Source: a virus (lineage: Duplodnaviria; Caudoviricetes). From it: 64,000 nucleotides of DNA. Within the stretch, counting starts at the first letter, position 1; each line of letters begins with the position of its first letter. Location of the stretch: the IMG/VR virus record IMGVR_UViG_3300032373_000001; one strand, written 5' to 3'. Below are positions 18,612 through 27,795 of this stretch, in pieces. The notes under the pieces were generated by a model. That model was not told the DNA's origin and searched no databases. It was given only the letters and a program-made list of their open reading frames with translations. Made by a program: the position numbers and the translations under genes.

Positions 18612-19332
18612 CGGCGCGCAGCCTCCAACACTGCTTTTCCGACTCCCAAGGGAACGGAGTCTGGTCCACGAGGAACCCTGCCACGGGCTCCCGGCTCATC
18701 TTGGCCCAAGCAGCCTTGGCCGCGCCCGACTGGGTGCTCGATCCATGCAGGGCGAGGCCGTCTTCCGCCAGCCAAGCTGCCATGTTCTGGTACAGCTGAC
18801 GCCCCAGCCCTTGGCCCTGGTACGGGTCTGCCGTGCGGACGAACTCAATAGCCGGACGGTCCCGGTGGTTCTGGAGGAATCGGTCTCGGACCTGCCGGGG
18901 ACGCTGCCCGCCTTGGATCCAATCGTTCTCCTCCAGCCAGTCGAGATCCGCTTGGAGGAGCTGCTCTGGGGTGGCGTCCGCCATTTCCTCGGTCACGGAG
19001 CACCTGTGAATGCCCGCCTCCTTGAGCCGGGGTGGGGTGCGTCCGCTGTAGCGCAGGACCCCCTTCCAGATGGTCTGGATGGAGTCCAGCTTGTAGCACC
19101 ACCCTGAGTGGTAGTGCAGGAAGTGCCAGATCGAGGGGAGGCGGGCCATCGACTCCTCGGTGACATAGCACACCCGGATGTAGCCTACTGGATCCTCTTC
19201 CCCGGGGATGTGGGCTTTGAGGCGGCGCAGAACCCAGCACGGGGAAGCGTACTTGGAGGGGTTCTGAGGCCCCTCCTCACGAACCCAACGAATCCGGTTC
19301 GTTGGGGGCAGTGTCTTCTTCGAAGGCTCCAT
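18601..19332 (-). CDS. Protein with C-terminal GNAT acetyltransferase domain
   Basis: VRTADPYQGQGLGRQLY (motif A), AAKAAWAKM. Confidence 0.7.
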   Translation of the reverse strand: MEPSKKTLPPTNRIRWVREEGPQNPSKYASPCWVLRRLKAHIPGEEDPVGYIRVCYVTEESMARLPSIWHFLHYHSGWCYKLDSIQTIWKGVLRYSGRTPPRLKEAGIHRCSVTEEMADATPEQLLQADLDWLEENDWIQGGQRPRQVRDRFLQNHRDRPAIEFVRTADPYQGQGLGRQLYQNMAAWLAEDGLALHGSSTQSGAAKAAWAKMSREPVAGFLVDQTPFPWESEKQCWRLRAVSP

Positions 19333-19555
19333 CGAGTAGCTCCTTGGCTCGGCTCCAGGCGCGAAGGACTACCTGAAGGGCAAAGAAGCATCCCATGGAC
19401 ACCGCGAAGGTGGTCCAGAACCCGCTGAACCCCATTCGTACGGCAGCATCTCCCGCAATGACATTGATGTATACCGCATGCACCAGCAGGGGGTGGGTAC
19501 GGAAATCTTCGATCTGCTCAGAGGTCATGTTTCCTATAGGCGGATTCGAGGGCAA
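19277..19555 (-). CDS. Small membrane protein
   Basis: Hydrophobic segment; start uncertain. Confidence 0.5.
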   Translation of the reverse strand: MPSNPPIGNMTSEQIEDFRTHPLLVHAVYINVIAGDAAVRMGFSGFWTTFAVSMGCFFALQVVLRAWSRAKELLDGAFEEDTAPNEPDSLGS

Positions 19556-19775
19556 CGCGCACCAGCTTCCAGACCGGGTCCGCCTTTCGCCTGTGCCCAG
19601 TTACGCGGGACTCCCGCTGGACCGTCCCTAAAGAGCCCTTGCGGAAGATCTTCACGATGTAGTTGCCGATGTTGGGGTTGTCGGAGGTGCCATCGTTGGT
19701 GATGGTCATCCTGCCGATCTCCTTCTTGAGGTCTTCGGAGCCCCACGGCCACAGTTCTACCTTGACGACGACCAT
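19518..19775 (-). CDS. Small phage hypothetical protein
   Basis: MVVVKVELWP...ITNDGT...GNY pattern recalled from phage hypotheticals. Confidence 0.65.
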   Translation of the reverse strand: MVVVKVELWPWGSEDLKKEIGRMTITNDGTSDNPNIGNYIVKIFRKGSLGTVQRESRVTGHRRKADPVWKLVRVALESAYRKHDL

Positions 19776-20069
19776 TCAACGACCGCCCTTGATGCCGACG
19801 CACTTCCGCTTGAAGGGCTGCCAGATCCAGCGGCTGGGGCACTCGACGTTCTCGGTGTGGTTGGAGGTCGCACCCTCCGCCCGAAGCGCCACTGTGCAGC
19901 GAACACGGCCGTTGCCATCGCTGTCGCTCAGCTCGCAGTCGATGTTCTGGACCTCCTCGCCGCTGAAGTTGTCGCTGGCGTAGGTGGCAGCGAAGCGCTC
20001 GGCCTTGTTGTAGTTGGAGCAGCCGAGGGTCAGCATGAGGGGGGAGATCAGGATCCAGGCGTGCATCAC
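19776..20069 (-). CDS. Putative lipoprotein
   Basis: Signal peptide ending LTLGC lipobox; four further Cys. Confidence 0.65.
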   Translation of the reverse strand: MMHAWILISPLMLTLGCSNYNKAERFAATYASDNFSGEEVQNIDCELSDSDGNGRVRCTVALRAEGATSNHTENVECPSRWIWQPFKRKCVGIKGGR

Positions 20070-20536
20070 GGTTCTCCTTCTTGGTTGGAACCTGCCTTAC
20101 CTTTCGAACCAGGGGTCCGCCGTATTTCGGGGCGGAGGAGTTCGGGGGAGATGTCCCCCTCCGAGGTCAGGATGGGACCCCAGTACCCCAACAACCACAG
20201 GGCTTGGTCCCGGTCCGATACCCGCTCGGGAGCACACGGCATCCGCTCGGATGCGTGAGTGATACAGTCCGTCAAGAACCTCCTGCGACCCCATTGGTAT
20301 GCAGGCTCCTCAACGAAACCTTCATGGAGGTACAGGGCTTGGGAGGCCCACCAACCCACCAACCGGATCGCATCGGGGCCGGAAGATGCGAGAAGCTCTG
20401 CCCCTTGGAGGCGGACGTCGGCGTTGCTGGAGCCCAACAGGGCCAAGACCTGACGCGCTTCAAGGTAGGGGTTTTGGGGACCCTCTCCCATCCGCTCCAG
20501 GATCAGCATCGCCAAGTCAATGTCTACTCCGCTCAA
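20066..20536 (-). CDS. Hypothetical protein (recurrent module)
   Basis: LLGSSNADVRLQGAELL. Confidence 0.6.
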   Translation of the reverse strand: MSGVDIDLAMLILERMGEGPQNPYLEARQVLALLGSSNADVRLQGAELLASSGPDAIRLVGWWASQALYLHEGFVEEPAYQWGRRRFLTDCITHASERMPCAPERVSDRDQALWLLGYWGPILTSEGDISPELLRPEIRRTPGSKGKAGSNQEGEP

Positions 20537-20928
20537 TCTTCCCCTCCGTCGAAGTAAAGGTTGATCTCGGCCACCCGAGGATCACCCACCCCCAACCCGC
20601 AACACCACTTGGAGTCCTTCGGGCTCCAGTGGCAGCGTGCCGTGCCTCTCTTACCCTTCTTGAGGGCGCGCTCGGCCTTGAGTGCTTCGGATCTGTTCGC
20701 ATAGGGTCCGAAAATCGCACGGATTCGCCAGGGCCTCCACTTGCTGGTGTAACGCCCTCCCCCCTTCAGCTCTCCGTTGTGTTGCCGGAGTCTGCGAAGC
20801 GGGTCGGTGGTCATCCCCACATAGTGGAACCCTGGCAGCGGGCGACCCCGCTTGCCAGTCCTGACTTGAAGGCTCTGGATCACATAGACCCAGTATGGGT
20901 TGGACTTCTTCACCTCTCCCAAGGCCAC
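20533..20928 (-). CDS. GIY-YIG nuclease, SLX1/YhbQ-like
   Basis: WVYVI...HYVGMTTDPLRRLRQHNGELKGGGRYT..WRPW...EALKAE. Confidence 0.9.
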   Translation of the reverse strand: MALGEVKKSNPYWVYVIQSLQVRTGKRGRPLPGFHYVGMTTDPLRRLRQHNGELKGGGRYTSKWRPWRIRAIFGPYANRSEALKAERALKKGKRGTARCHWSPKDSKWCCGLGVGDPRVAEINLYFDGGED

Positions 20929-21212
20929 TTCTCCGCGCTGCAGCTCGGTCGTCGCTTCTTGAGGTCCAGAGGGTCTCGATGAAGCCGCTCCCGCCCGCCC
21001 CAGAGGACAAATCGGTACGGGAAGACTCCCGGGATGTTGAGGGCCGCTTGTTCACATGAGGGTCGATGCTGGTAGTGGGCCTCGACCGCCCCCTGGAGGT
21101 TTTCCGGGGCCAATCGCATCCTCTCACCACAGCACCGGCACTGGTACACCCGGTCACGTCCGGGGCCAGGATAGCGACTGAGGCACTTCCAGTCGTAGGG
21201 ACTGAGGATCAT
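20910..21212 (-). CDS. Zn-ribbon protein
   Basis: WKC...YQCRCCG...H..SC. Confidence 0.55.
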   Translation of the reverse strand: MILSPYDWKCLSRYPGPGRDRVYQCRCCGERMRLAPENLQGAVEAHYQHRPSCEQAALNIPGVFPYRFVLWGGRERLHRDPLDLKKRRPSCSAEKWPWER

Positions 21213-21805
21213 GCGCAGGCCGGGCAGCTACGTTCTTGCCGAGGATAGCCGCATGCCGGGCACTTGCCTCGAAGGAGGGCCTCGTCCCAAGCGTCCACCT
21301 TCCGGGAGGTCTCATTGATGACGATGCGAACCACGTGCGGTCCCAGCTCGGGTTCCTCACGCTTGCCAGCGATCGGGTAGAAGACCCCGCGGATCCCCAC
21401 AGGAGTCCCGGATAATCCTCCGAAGGTTCGATGCTTCCGGAGGAAGTAGGACGTGCCTTCCTTGTGGGCTGGGACATCTTCCCCGTGGATCCGCAAGGTG
21501 ATGTTCTTCCTCCTCCGATCGAAGGCGTCTCCTTCCCGGAGTTTGGTCCCGTCGCAGTAGGTGCAAAGGTGTTCGGTCTGTACATGATCGCTATGGCAGG
21601 TCTTCCCGCCTGGGAGCCGGACCTCAAACGGCCAGTGGTTGGCTGCCAAGAGACGAGCACCGTCACCCAAGACCTTCGAGACCTTTCCGATCACCCAAGG
21701 GGCGTCGCCGTCCTTGATCCAGACCTGAGAGCCCTCATAGACCTGCGGAGGGGACCAGGAGACCGCAGTAGACCTCCCGGACCCCCTACACCAAAAGCAC
21801 TGCAC
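21209..21805 (-). CDS. Cys-rich protein with DnaJ-type CxxCxGxG repeats
   Basis: CFWCRGSG, CTYCDGT, CPAC, CPAC. Confidence 0.6.
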   Translation of the reverse strand: MQCFWCRGSGRSTAVSWSPPQVYEGSQVWIKDGDAPWVIGKVSKVLGDGARLLAANHWPFEVRLPGGKTCHSDHVQTEHLCTYCDGTKLREGDAFDRRRKNITLRIHGEDVPAHKEGTSYFLRKHRTFGGLSGTPVGIRGVFYPIAGKREEPELGPHVVRIVINETSRKVDAWDEALLRGKCPACGYPRQERSCPACA

Positions 21806-21810
21806 TCCTG

Positions 21811-22074
21811 TCACCCTTCCCCCTTGCGTGCTGCGAGCACTTCTTCCAGTTCTTGGTACTGGTCTTGCTGGCGGGCTTCGAGCCATGCCAAGAGATCCCC
21901 CTCGACCCACTTGAGGATCATAGCACAGCCCTCATCCAAGGTCTCGCCAGGGTCCAAGAAGAACCCCTGGACGAAGCCGCTGATATGTACGTCCAGGCGG
22001 ATCACCCCCCCGCCATCCCAGGAATGGACCCGGTCGACCAAGGGGTGTCGGACCAACTCTTCGAACTTCGACAT
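21811..22074 (-). CDS. Small hypothetical protein
   Basis: RBS GGGAG; MSKFEEL. Confidence 0.6.
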   Translation of the reverse strand: MSKFEELVRHPLVDRVHSWDGGGVIRLDVHISGFVQGFFLDPGETLDEGCAMILKWVEGDLLAWLEARQQDQYQELEEVLAARKGEG

Positions 22075-22325
22075 GGGACTCCCTACTGAGCGTGCGCCAC
22101 TGCCCATCCCAGGCGGGGCGTGATGTACTCTACTCCCTCGTGGTCGTGGCGCACAGTCGTCATCACGCCACCCAGGAACTTCATCGGAAGTAGTCCCACT
22201 TGAAGTCCACGCAAGCCCCCGAGCCGGGGAACTTGTTCGACCCGACCGGGGGCTTGATGCTGTACGAGGAGGTTCCGTCGACGAGCTGCATTATTCTTAG
22301 GGCTCCAAGCTTGGAGCCCTAACCC

Positions 22326-23258
22326 TTACTTGCCCAGCACAGTCCCCAGGCTCTCCTTCCAGGCATTGGAGGTGACACGCACATACCTCACGGCCTTGGA
22401 GATCTCACGCTTGGAGACGTGCAGTTCCTCTGCCTGCTCCGCGTGGCGCTTGCCCAGGAGCAGGTTCTCGTACACCGTCAAGATGAAATTGGGGTCCCGG
22501 CCATCCTCTTGGGCGCTCCGCTCCAGGTAGCTGGCGAGGTCTCGGACGAGGTTGCGGGCGGCGACGTTGGAGTGGACCTCCTGGGGGGACACTGCGATGT
22601 CACTCTCCGCCACGTCTTCCAGCTCCCCTTCGGCGTTCCGAACACCAAAGCATTCGTTGCGGCTGTGGCGCGACCACTTGCGATGGTAGTTGCTCAGGAT
22701 GCAGCTGGCCACCATGTGGACGTAGTGGGCGAAGCTGGACTTGTTGGCATCGAAAGGGCACTTGCCCTTGTTCCGGACCAGGATGCCCTTGTAGACTTCC
22801 TGGAGGACGTCTTCGGGGTCGTAGCCTCGCCGACGGACGTCTTTGCCCAGGAGCTTGAAGAAGACCCGCCGGACTTCCTCCCCTCGAACAGCGAGGTCGA
22901 TGCCCAGCCCTTCACGTAATGGGAGGGCAGTGATGCCAGGACTGGCCCCCCGCCTCTTCGCCGAGGGGAGTGCTGTTGCCTGACCCGCCGGATCGGGCTT
23001 GAAGAACTCGAAGACGTCCAGCTCATCCACTGCGGGAGTCTGCTTGGCGAACCGGCCGAGGCGGAAGTACCGGTCAAAGGAAAGACCCGGATCCTTGGCG
23101 TCCGGGCCGGGTTCGGGTTCCCTGTTGACCAGGGCGATGATCATCTGACGAGCCGAGCGGTACTCGCGGACGCCGCTCGGCCATTCGACCTTGAATCCCC
23201 GCTCGGGGATCTGCCTCACCGGGTAGTTACCGTGCTCTCGACGCGCGTAGACCTGCAT
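22326..23258 (-). CDS. ECF-like sigma70-family factor with N-terminal extension
   Basis: YDPEDVLQEVY...FDANKSSFAHYVHMVASCILSNYHRK (region 2); HAEQAEELHVSKREISK (region 4). Confidence 0.7.
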   Translation of the reverse strand: MQVYARREHGNYPVRQIPERGFKVEWPSGVREYRSARQMIIALVNREPEPGPDAKDPGLSFDRYFRLGRFAKQTPAVDELDVFEFFKPDPAGQATALPSAKRRGASPGITALPLREGLGIDLAVRGEEVRRVFFKLLGKDVRRRGYDPEDVLQEVYKGILVRNKGKCPFDANKSSFAHYVHMVASCILSNYHRKWSRHSRNECFGVRNAEGELEDVAESDIAVSPQEVHSNVAARNLVRDLASYLERSAQEDGRDPNFILTVYENLLLGKRHAEQAEELHVSKREISKAVRYVRVTSNAWKESLGTVLGK

Positions 23259-23429
23259 TTTCCCCCCGAAGTCCTAATAAGAGACTTATACCCCATCTCG
23301 GACCCAGGCAAAGGTTTTATGCGAGGAACCTACACCCCTACCCCTAAAGCGCAATGAGAAGTGCCGTAACCTACGGCACAGGCTCCGTAGGGCGACCCGC
23401 GGCCGAGGGCTTTGCCGCCCACCGATCGA

Positions 23430-24359
23430 TCATCCTTCCCCTCCCAGCTCCACGTAGATCTCCAGTGCCTGCTGCTGAAGCTCGCGCAGCTTGACGCTGG
23501 AAGGGAAGTCGTTCAGGAGTCCGGGATCCAGCTCCAAGAGGAACTTGGCGTCACCGCCAGGATAGAACTCCGGCTTCATACGCTTCTTCAGCGAGTAGAT
23601 GGTGTTGAGGCAGCTCACACAGAACTGGAACTTCCGGTTCCTCACCGGACGGCGGCGGTGGATCAGGCAAGCGGGCAGCAGCCCCTGCTGGAACTGAAAC
23701 CGGCCCAGAATCTTCTTGAACTGGAGCTCGACTGCCTGGTGGCTACGCGGGGTCCCAGCGGCGATGTCCCGATAGGTCCTCCCTGCCTCGATCTGCTCGC
23801 AGAGATGACGCTCCTCATCCTTGAGGGTGGATTTGAACTCCCCCCACAAGTGTCGGTAGCCTTGCAGGGAAGACTCCTGATCCTGGGTGGCCGGATCAGG
23901 CACGGTGTCCAGAAGGAAGATGTCAGACCCAGATTCCATCGAGAGCTGGGGATTGTCCTCTTGAGGGAAGTAATCCCTCAAGATGCGGTCGTACCATTCC
24001 GGGTCGATGTCGAAGAAAGCGAGGACCTCCCGGCGGGTGGCGGCCGGGTCACGGAGTCGTCGGAGCGCCAATTCCCGTTCCACCCAGCTGAATGCTTCTT
24101 CAGCCTTCCCCTTGTGGCCCCGACTGATGCGGGAAGCCTGGGCGGCGTTCATCAAGCCGTAGCGTATGTGGTAGCCCCGCCACTGCTCCCAGGTCCACTG
24201 ACGGTCAGAATCCAGCCACTTCTGGTGGGCACGGACGAGGATGAGCATGGCCTCTTGTTCCACGTCATCCTCGTCCCAGCCACGGGCGAACTTCTTCGCG
24301 TACAGGCTGACCTTACGTCGGGCGAACTTCAAGTCCTTCTCGGTGAGTTCCAAGCTCAT
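23430..24359 (-). CDS. Sigma70-family factor with C-terminal Zn-finger-like module
   Basis: DEDDVEQEAMLIL...QWRGYHIRYGLMNA; LKDEERHL...GRTYRDIA; CLIH-x12-CVSC. Confidence 0.75.
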   Translation of the reverse strand: MSLELTEKDLKFARRKVSLYAKKFARGWDEDDVEQEAMLILVRAHQKWLDSDRQWTWEQWRGYHIRYGLMNAAQASRISRGHKGKAEEAFSWVERELALRRLRDPAATRREVLAFFDIDPEWYDRILRDYFPQEDNPQLSMESGSDIFLLDTVPDPATQDQESSLQGYRHLWGEFKSTLKDEERHLCEQIEAGRTYRDIAAGTPRSHQAVELQFKKILGRFQFQQGLLPACLIHRRRPVRNRKFQFCVSCLNTIYSLKKRMKPEFYPGGDAKFLLELDPGLLNDFPSSVKLRELQQQALEIYVELGGEG

Positions 24360-24428
24360 GCCTTAGACTACCGGAAGAACAAGCAAAGGGTCCAACCTTT
24401 TGCGGTCAGGAGGGGCGACACCCGCCGC

Positions 24429-24707
24429 TCAGAAGGAGTACTCAACGCCGTGCTCTTCGAAGTACACGCGAACCGATCCGAACCCTGTATCGGCGTGAGC
24501 AAGGTCGAACGGCTCGACTCCGTCCTCTGGGGGCTGCTCCAAACTACCAATCGCGAGGTCGAAGCTCTCTTCCTCTGGGGAACCGTCGGACAGGTGGAAG
24601 GCGATGCTCCGGAACATCTCCGGATCCCGCTCGGCGTAGGCTGTGTAGGTGGAGAACCACTCCTGGCCGGGGTGGTTCGATTGACGCTTCGCGTAGACGA
24701 TCCTCAT
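24429..24707 (-). CDS. Hypothetical protein
   Basis: TGATG coupling; MRIVYAK. Confidence 0.6.
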   Translation of the reverse strand: MRIVYAKRQSNHPGQEWFSTYTAYAERDPEMFRSIAFHLSDGSPEEESFDLAIGSLEQPPEDGVEPFDLAHADTGFGSVRVYFEEHGVEYSF

Positions 24708-24922
24708 CAGATGTTCTCCTCGGCATCCCAGATGTGGCCTCGAATGGGCTGGCCGACTTCTCGAGCGAAGTCGTGCGCCGCCAGGAAGCACAGCAGTGGG
24801 GGGTAGTGGGGGGTGACTGCCCGCATGCGCCGAAACCAGACCAAGGATTCCCTTACGCCAATGGTCTCGGCCAGCTCCCATGCCTGGGCGCGGGCGGCTG
24901 GGGTCCGGATCATCTCCAGCAA
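24707..24922 (-). CDS. Small hypothetical protein
   Basis: 71 aa, coupled. Confidence 0.5.
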   Translation of the reverse strand: MLEMIRTPAARAQAWELAETIGVRESLVWFRRMRAVTPHYPPLLCFLAAHDFAREVGQPIRGHIWDAEENI

Positions 24923-24940
24923 CCGGGCGATATCCGGGGT

Positions 24941-25180
24941 CTATCGGAGGGCCTGGAAGTGGTGCTCGGCTTCGTAGTTCAGGACATGAAGGGGGTGCGT
25001 CCTGTAGGGCAGGTCAATTGGCGGCGGGGTCCACAGGTAGGTGTCGCGGTCATGCTCCGCCTGCTCCCTCTCAACATCCGTCAGGCACAATGGGAGAGAA
25101 GGGGCCGCTCGGGCGGCGGTGCGGAACCACCACTCACCTTTCGGCGGACCCGCCCGCATCAGAACTTCGGGTCGGTCCAT
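24941..25180 (-). CDS. Small hypothetical protein
   Basis: Start placed at MDRPEVL. Confidence 0.5.
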   Translation of the reverse strand: MDRPEVLMRAGPPKGEWWFRTAARAAPSLPLCLTDVEREQAEHDRDTYLWTPPPIDLPYRTHPLHVLNYEAEHHFQALR

Positions 25181-25431
25181 GCGGGGCTCCCATTCTCGGG
25201 AGGGCGGCATGGGAACACCTGCACGACCGTCCACTTGTGAAGGTGGTACTCGTCCCCGAAGAACCGCAGCGGCTCCATCTCCCGGCTGTCTTCCGGAAGG
25301 TTGAAGAAGTACTCGCCGCAGATCTGGGTGAGGTGCCCCATCATCCAGACGTAGCCGTCCGGTCCGTAGAGCCTGAGCCAGAACCAGTCGGTGTTGCTCT
25401 GGCTCAGGCTGCTCTTGAGGTCAGCACTCAT
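25159..25431 (-). CDS. Small hypothetical protein
   Basis: RBS GGAGGGG; MSADLK. Confidence 0.55.
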   Translation of the reverse strand: MSADLKSSLSQSNTDWFWLRLYGPDGYVWMMGHLTQICGEYFFNLPEDSREMEPLRFFGDEYHLHKWTVVQVFPCRPPENGSPAWTDPKF

Positions 25432-25765
25432 CGCAAACCCCTCCCCCGTTCGGACACCGCCCACCGTGGGGTGCGGCCCGCATCTCCTCAAGGGCGAGGG
25501 CGAGGTGATGCCCTTGTCGGGCGCTCCACTTCATTGCCTCCTGGAAGTCTACGAGGAGGACCGCAGCCCGAACGAGCAGGGGGGAGGCGCGACCTGGCGG
25601 GATTTTCGTGACCTCTTCAGCGAACTGCGGGACCTGAGCACTCAGCCCTTCGATCATCTCGATCGTCTTTCGCTGGGCCTCGGCGGCTCGCAGCTCATGA
25701 AGTAGGCCGGGGATCTGGATCCCCGAAAAGCAGGAGCGGGCAGACACGCTGGAGCAAAACTCCAT
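25421..25765 (-). CDS. Hypothetical protein
   Basis: Follows ligase stop. Confidence 0.5.
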   Translation of the reverse strand: MEFCSSVSARSCFSGIQIPGLLHELRAAEAQRKTIEMIEGLSAQVPQFAEEVTKIPPGRASPLLVRAAVLLVDFQEAMKWSARQGHHLALALEEMRAAPHGGRCPNGGGVCDEC

Positions 25766-25771
25766 GGGAGA

Positions 25772-27787
25772 TCACCTCTGGTTGGCTTGTTCCCGACTGA
25801 GTACCTGGATGCCCAGGCTGCGGGCCTTCTTGATCTTGGACGAGGACCCATTGGGGTCCTTGGCAACGAGCACCGTGGTCTTCCCACTCACCCCACTGAC
25901 AATCTCACCCCCCTCGGCTTCGATCTTGGCCTGGAGGGGCTTGTCGCGGAAGCCGGTGAGGCAGACACGCTCCCCTGCCCAGGCCCCAGCCGCGTTGGCT
26001 TCCTTCTTGGGCTCGGGTGGAAGGATGCTCACCCCGTTGGCCAAGAGCTTGTTGATGAGGGGCTTGTGCGCCGCGAGTCCGAACACCAGAGACTCTGCCT
26101 TGGCCGGACCGAAGCCCTTGACCCGCGCCAACTGGTCGTAGGTAGCCGCCCGGAGCTTCTCCAGAGTGTCGTACCCTGCGTCGACCAGGACCTGGATCAT
26201 CTTGCGACCGCAGAGGTTGATGCCCAGGCTCCCCGCGAACAGAGCCAGGGTCAGCTGCTTCTTCCCCTCGATGCTGGCGCAGGCCCTCTCGGCTCCACCG
26301 CCCACCTTCCTCCCACTCATCTCCAGGGCAGCGAACTCGCCGACTTTGGTGGGGAGGGTGTAGAGGTCAGCGATGTCGGCCACCATGCCGGACTCCAGCA
26401 GTGCAGCCAGCTGGGCCCCGCCGATGTGGAGGATGTTGACCTTCTGGACCCAGCGCTTCAGCGCCCCCAGCTTCTGGGCCGGGCAGCTGTCGCTGTTGGG
26501 GCAGATCAGGTACTCGCCCTCGTACTTGAGCCGGGTGACGCACGCGGGGCACTCGGTCGGCACGCCGAGCACGATGGGTTCCTCCGCCCCGTTGGGGTTC
26601 TGGTCTTCGTTGCAGTTGCGGCCAGTGAACCGCTCCACCTTGGGGACCACGTCATTGCGACGGCTGACGATGATCCCATCCCCCTCGAAAGCGTACTGCT
26701 GACCTTGGCCTTCGACCAGCCCGGTGAGGATGCTGACGTTCGCCAAGCTGGCTCGCTTGACCTCAGCCCCAGCCAGCTGAACCGGGTCGAACACGGCAAC
26801 GGGGGTGATGCGGCCTGAGTTGCCCACTTGCCAGAGGATGTCTCGCAGGTGGGTCTCGGCCGTCTCGTGGGCGAACTTGAAAGCGATGGCCCCCTTGGGG
26901 CGCAGGTTCGTCTCGCCGAGGAGATCCCGCTGCTCCTTCGAGTTCAGCTCAACCACCAGCCCGTCGATGTCGTAGCCGATGGTCTTGCGAAAACCCCCTG
27001 CGTACTTCTCGTACAGGACCTGGACCCCCTCAAAGGAGCCCAAGTGGGCCGGCGCGTACTGGTAGGTGGGGGTGTTGAACCCCCATGCCTCCAGCTGAAG
27101 AAGCTCGTCGGAGCGCAAGTTGCAGACCGTGCCTCGGGGCGGGGTCCAGTGAAGGTTGTAGGCCACCACCGTCAGGTAGCGGGCCTTCTGCCAGTTGGAC
27201 TGGCGCTTGGCGGTGCCGCTGGCGGTGTTCCGGGGGTTGCTCTCGTCCGGGAAGTAGGCTTCGAAGTCCTCGTGGGTGCAGATGATCTCCGCACGAACAT
27301 GAACAGTCCCGAGATGCGTGATGACCTGCGGCACCCCCTTCATGACGCGCACGTTCCGGGTGATCTCTTCCCCGGTGGTGCCGTCCCCTCGGGTCGAGGC
27401 TCGGACCAAGACCCCATCCTCGTAGGTGAGACAGAGGCTGATGCCGTCCAGCTTCTCGGTGACGATGACGCCTCGGGGGTTGGAGTCGCCGTGCTGAGAG
27501 CGCAGGTCGCGGTCGCACTTCGCCATCCAGTCCTGCATCTCCCCCCAGGACTGCGCCTTGCTCAGGGAGCCCATCGGGATGGTGTGGGTGACCTTGGGCC
27601 AGCCGCTGCCGTCCTCCGGAGGCGAGCCGATGCGCTTGAGGACGTCTGAGCCGGGATCTACCTTCCGGAGCTGTTCCTCCAGGGCATCGAACTCTGCGTC
27701 CGTCATGACCGCGTTGCCGCCGTTGTAGTAGGCTTGGGCGGCGGTGATGAGGGTGGCCTCCAGGACCCGGATCTCTTGCTCAGTCAT
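25772..27787 (-). CDS. ligA: NAD-dependent DNA ligase
   Basis: YY..G..VMTDAEFD (domain Ia), EKLDG adenylation motif, DIDGLVV, AIAFKF, OB fold, CPAC...CPN..SC Zn finger, HhH repeats, BRCT (GERVCLTG). Confidence 0.97.
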   Translation of the reverse strand: MTEQEIRVLEATLITAAQAYYNGGNAVMTDAEFDALEEQLRKVDPGSDVLKRIGSPPEDGSGWPKVTHTIPMGSLSKAQSWGEMQDWMAKCDRDLRSQHGDSNPRGVIVTEKLDGISLCLTYEDGVLVRASTRGDGTTGEEITRNVRVMKGVPQVITHLGTVHVRAEIICTHEDFEAYFPDESNPRNTASGTAKRQSNWQKARYLTVVAYNLHWTPPRGTVCNLRSDELLQLEAWGFNTPTYQYAPAHLGSFEGVQVLYEKYAGGFRKTIGYDIDGLVVELNSKEQRDLLGETNLRPKGAIAFKFAHETAETHLRDILWQVGNSGRITPVAVFDPVQLAGAEVKRASLANVSILTGLVEGQGQQYAFEGDGIIVSRRNDVVPKVERFTGRNCNEDQNPNGAEEPIVLGVPTECPACVTRLKYEGEYLICPNSDSCPAQKLGALKRWVQKVNILHIGGAQLAALLESGMVADIADLYTLPTKVGEFAALEMSGRKVGGGAERACASIEGKKQLTLALFAGSLGINLCGRKMIQVLVDAGYDTLEKLRAATYDQLARVKGFGPAKAESLVFGLAAHKPLINKLLANGVSILPPEPKKEANAAGAWAGERVCLTGFRDKPLQAKIEAEGGEIVSGVSGKTTVLVAKDPNGSSSKIKKARSLGIQVLSREQANQR

Positions 27788-27795
27788 GCAGTCTC

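Noticed and set aside
22086-22295. Two tiny ORFs (36 and 33 aa) downstream of the ECF-like sigma
   Set aside because: Plausibly coupled but too short and featureless to support.
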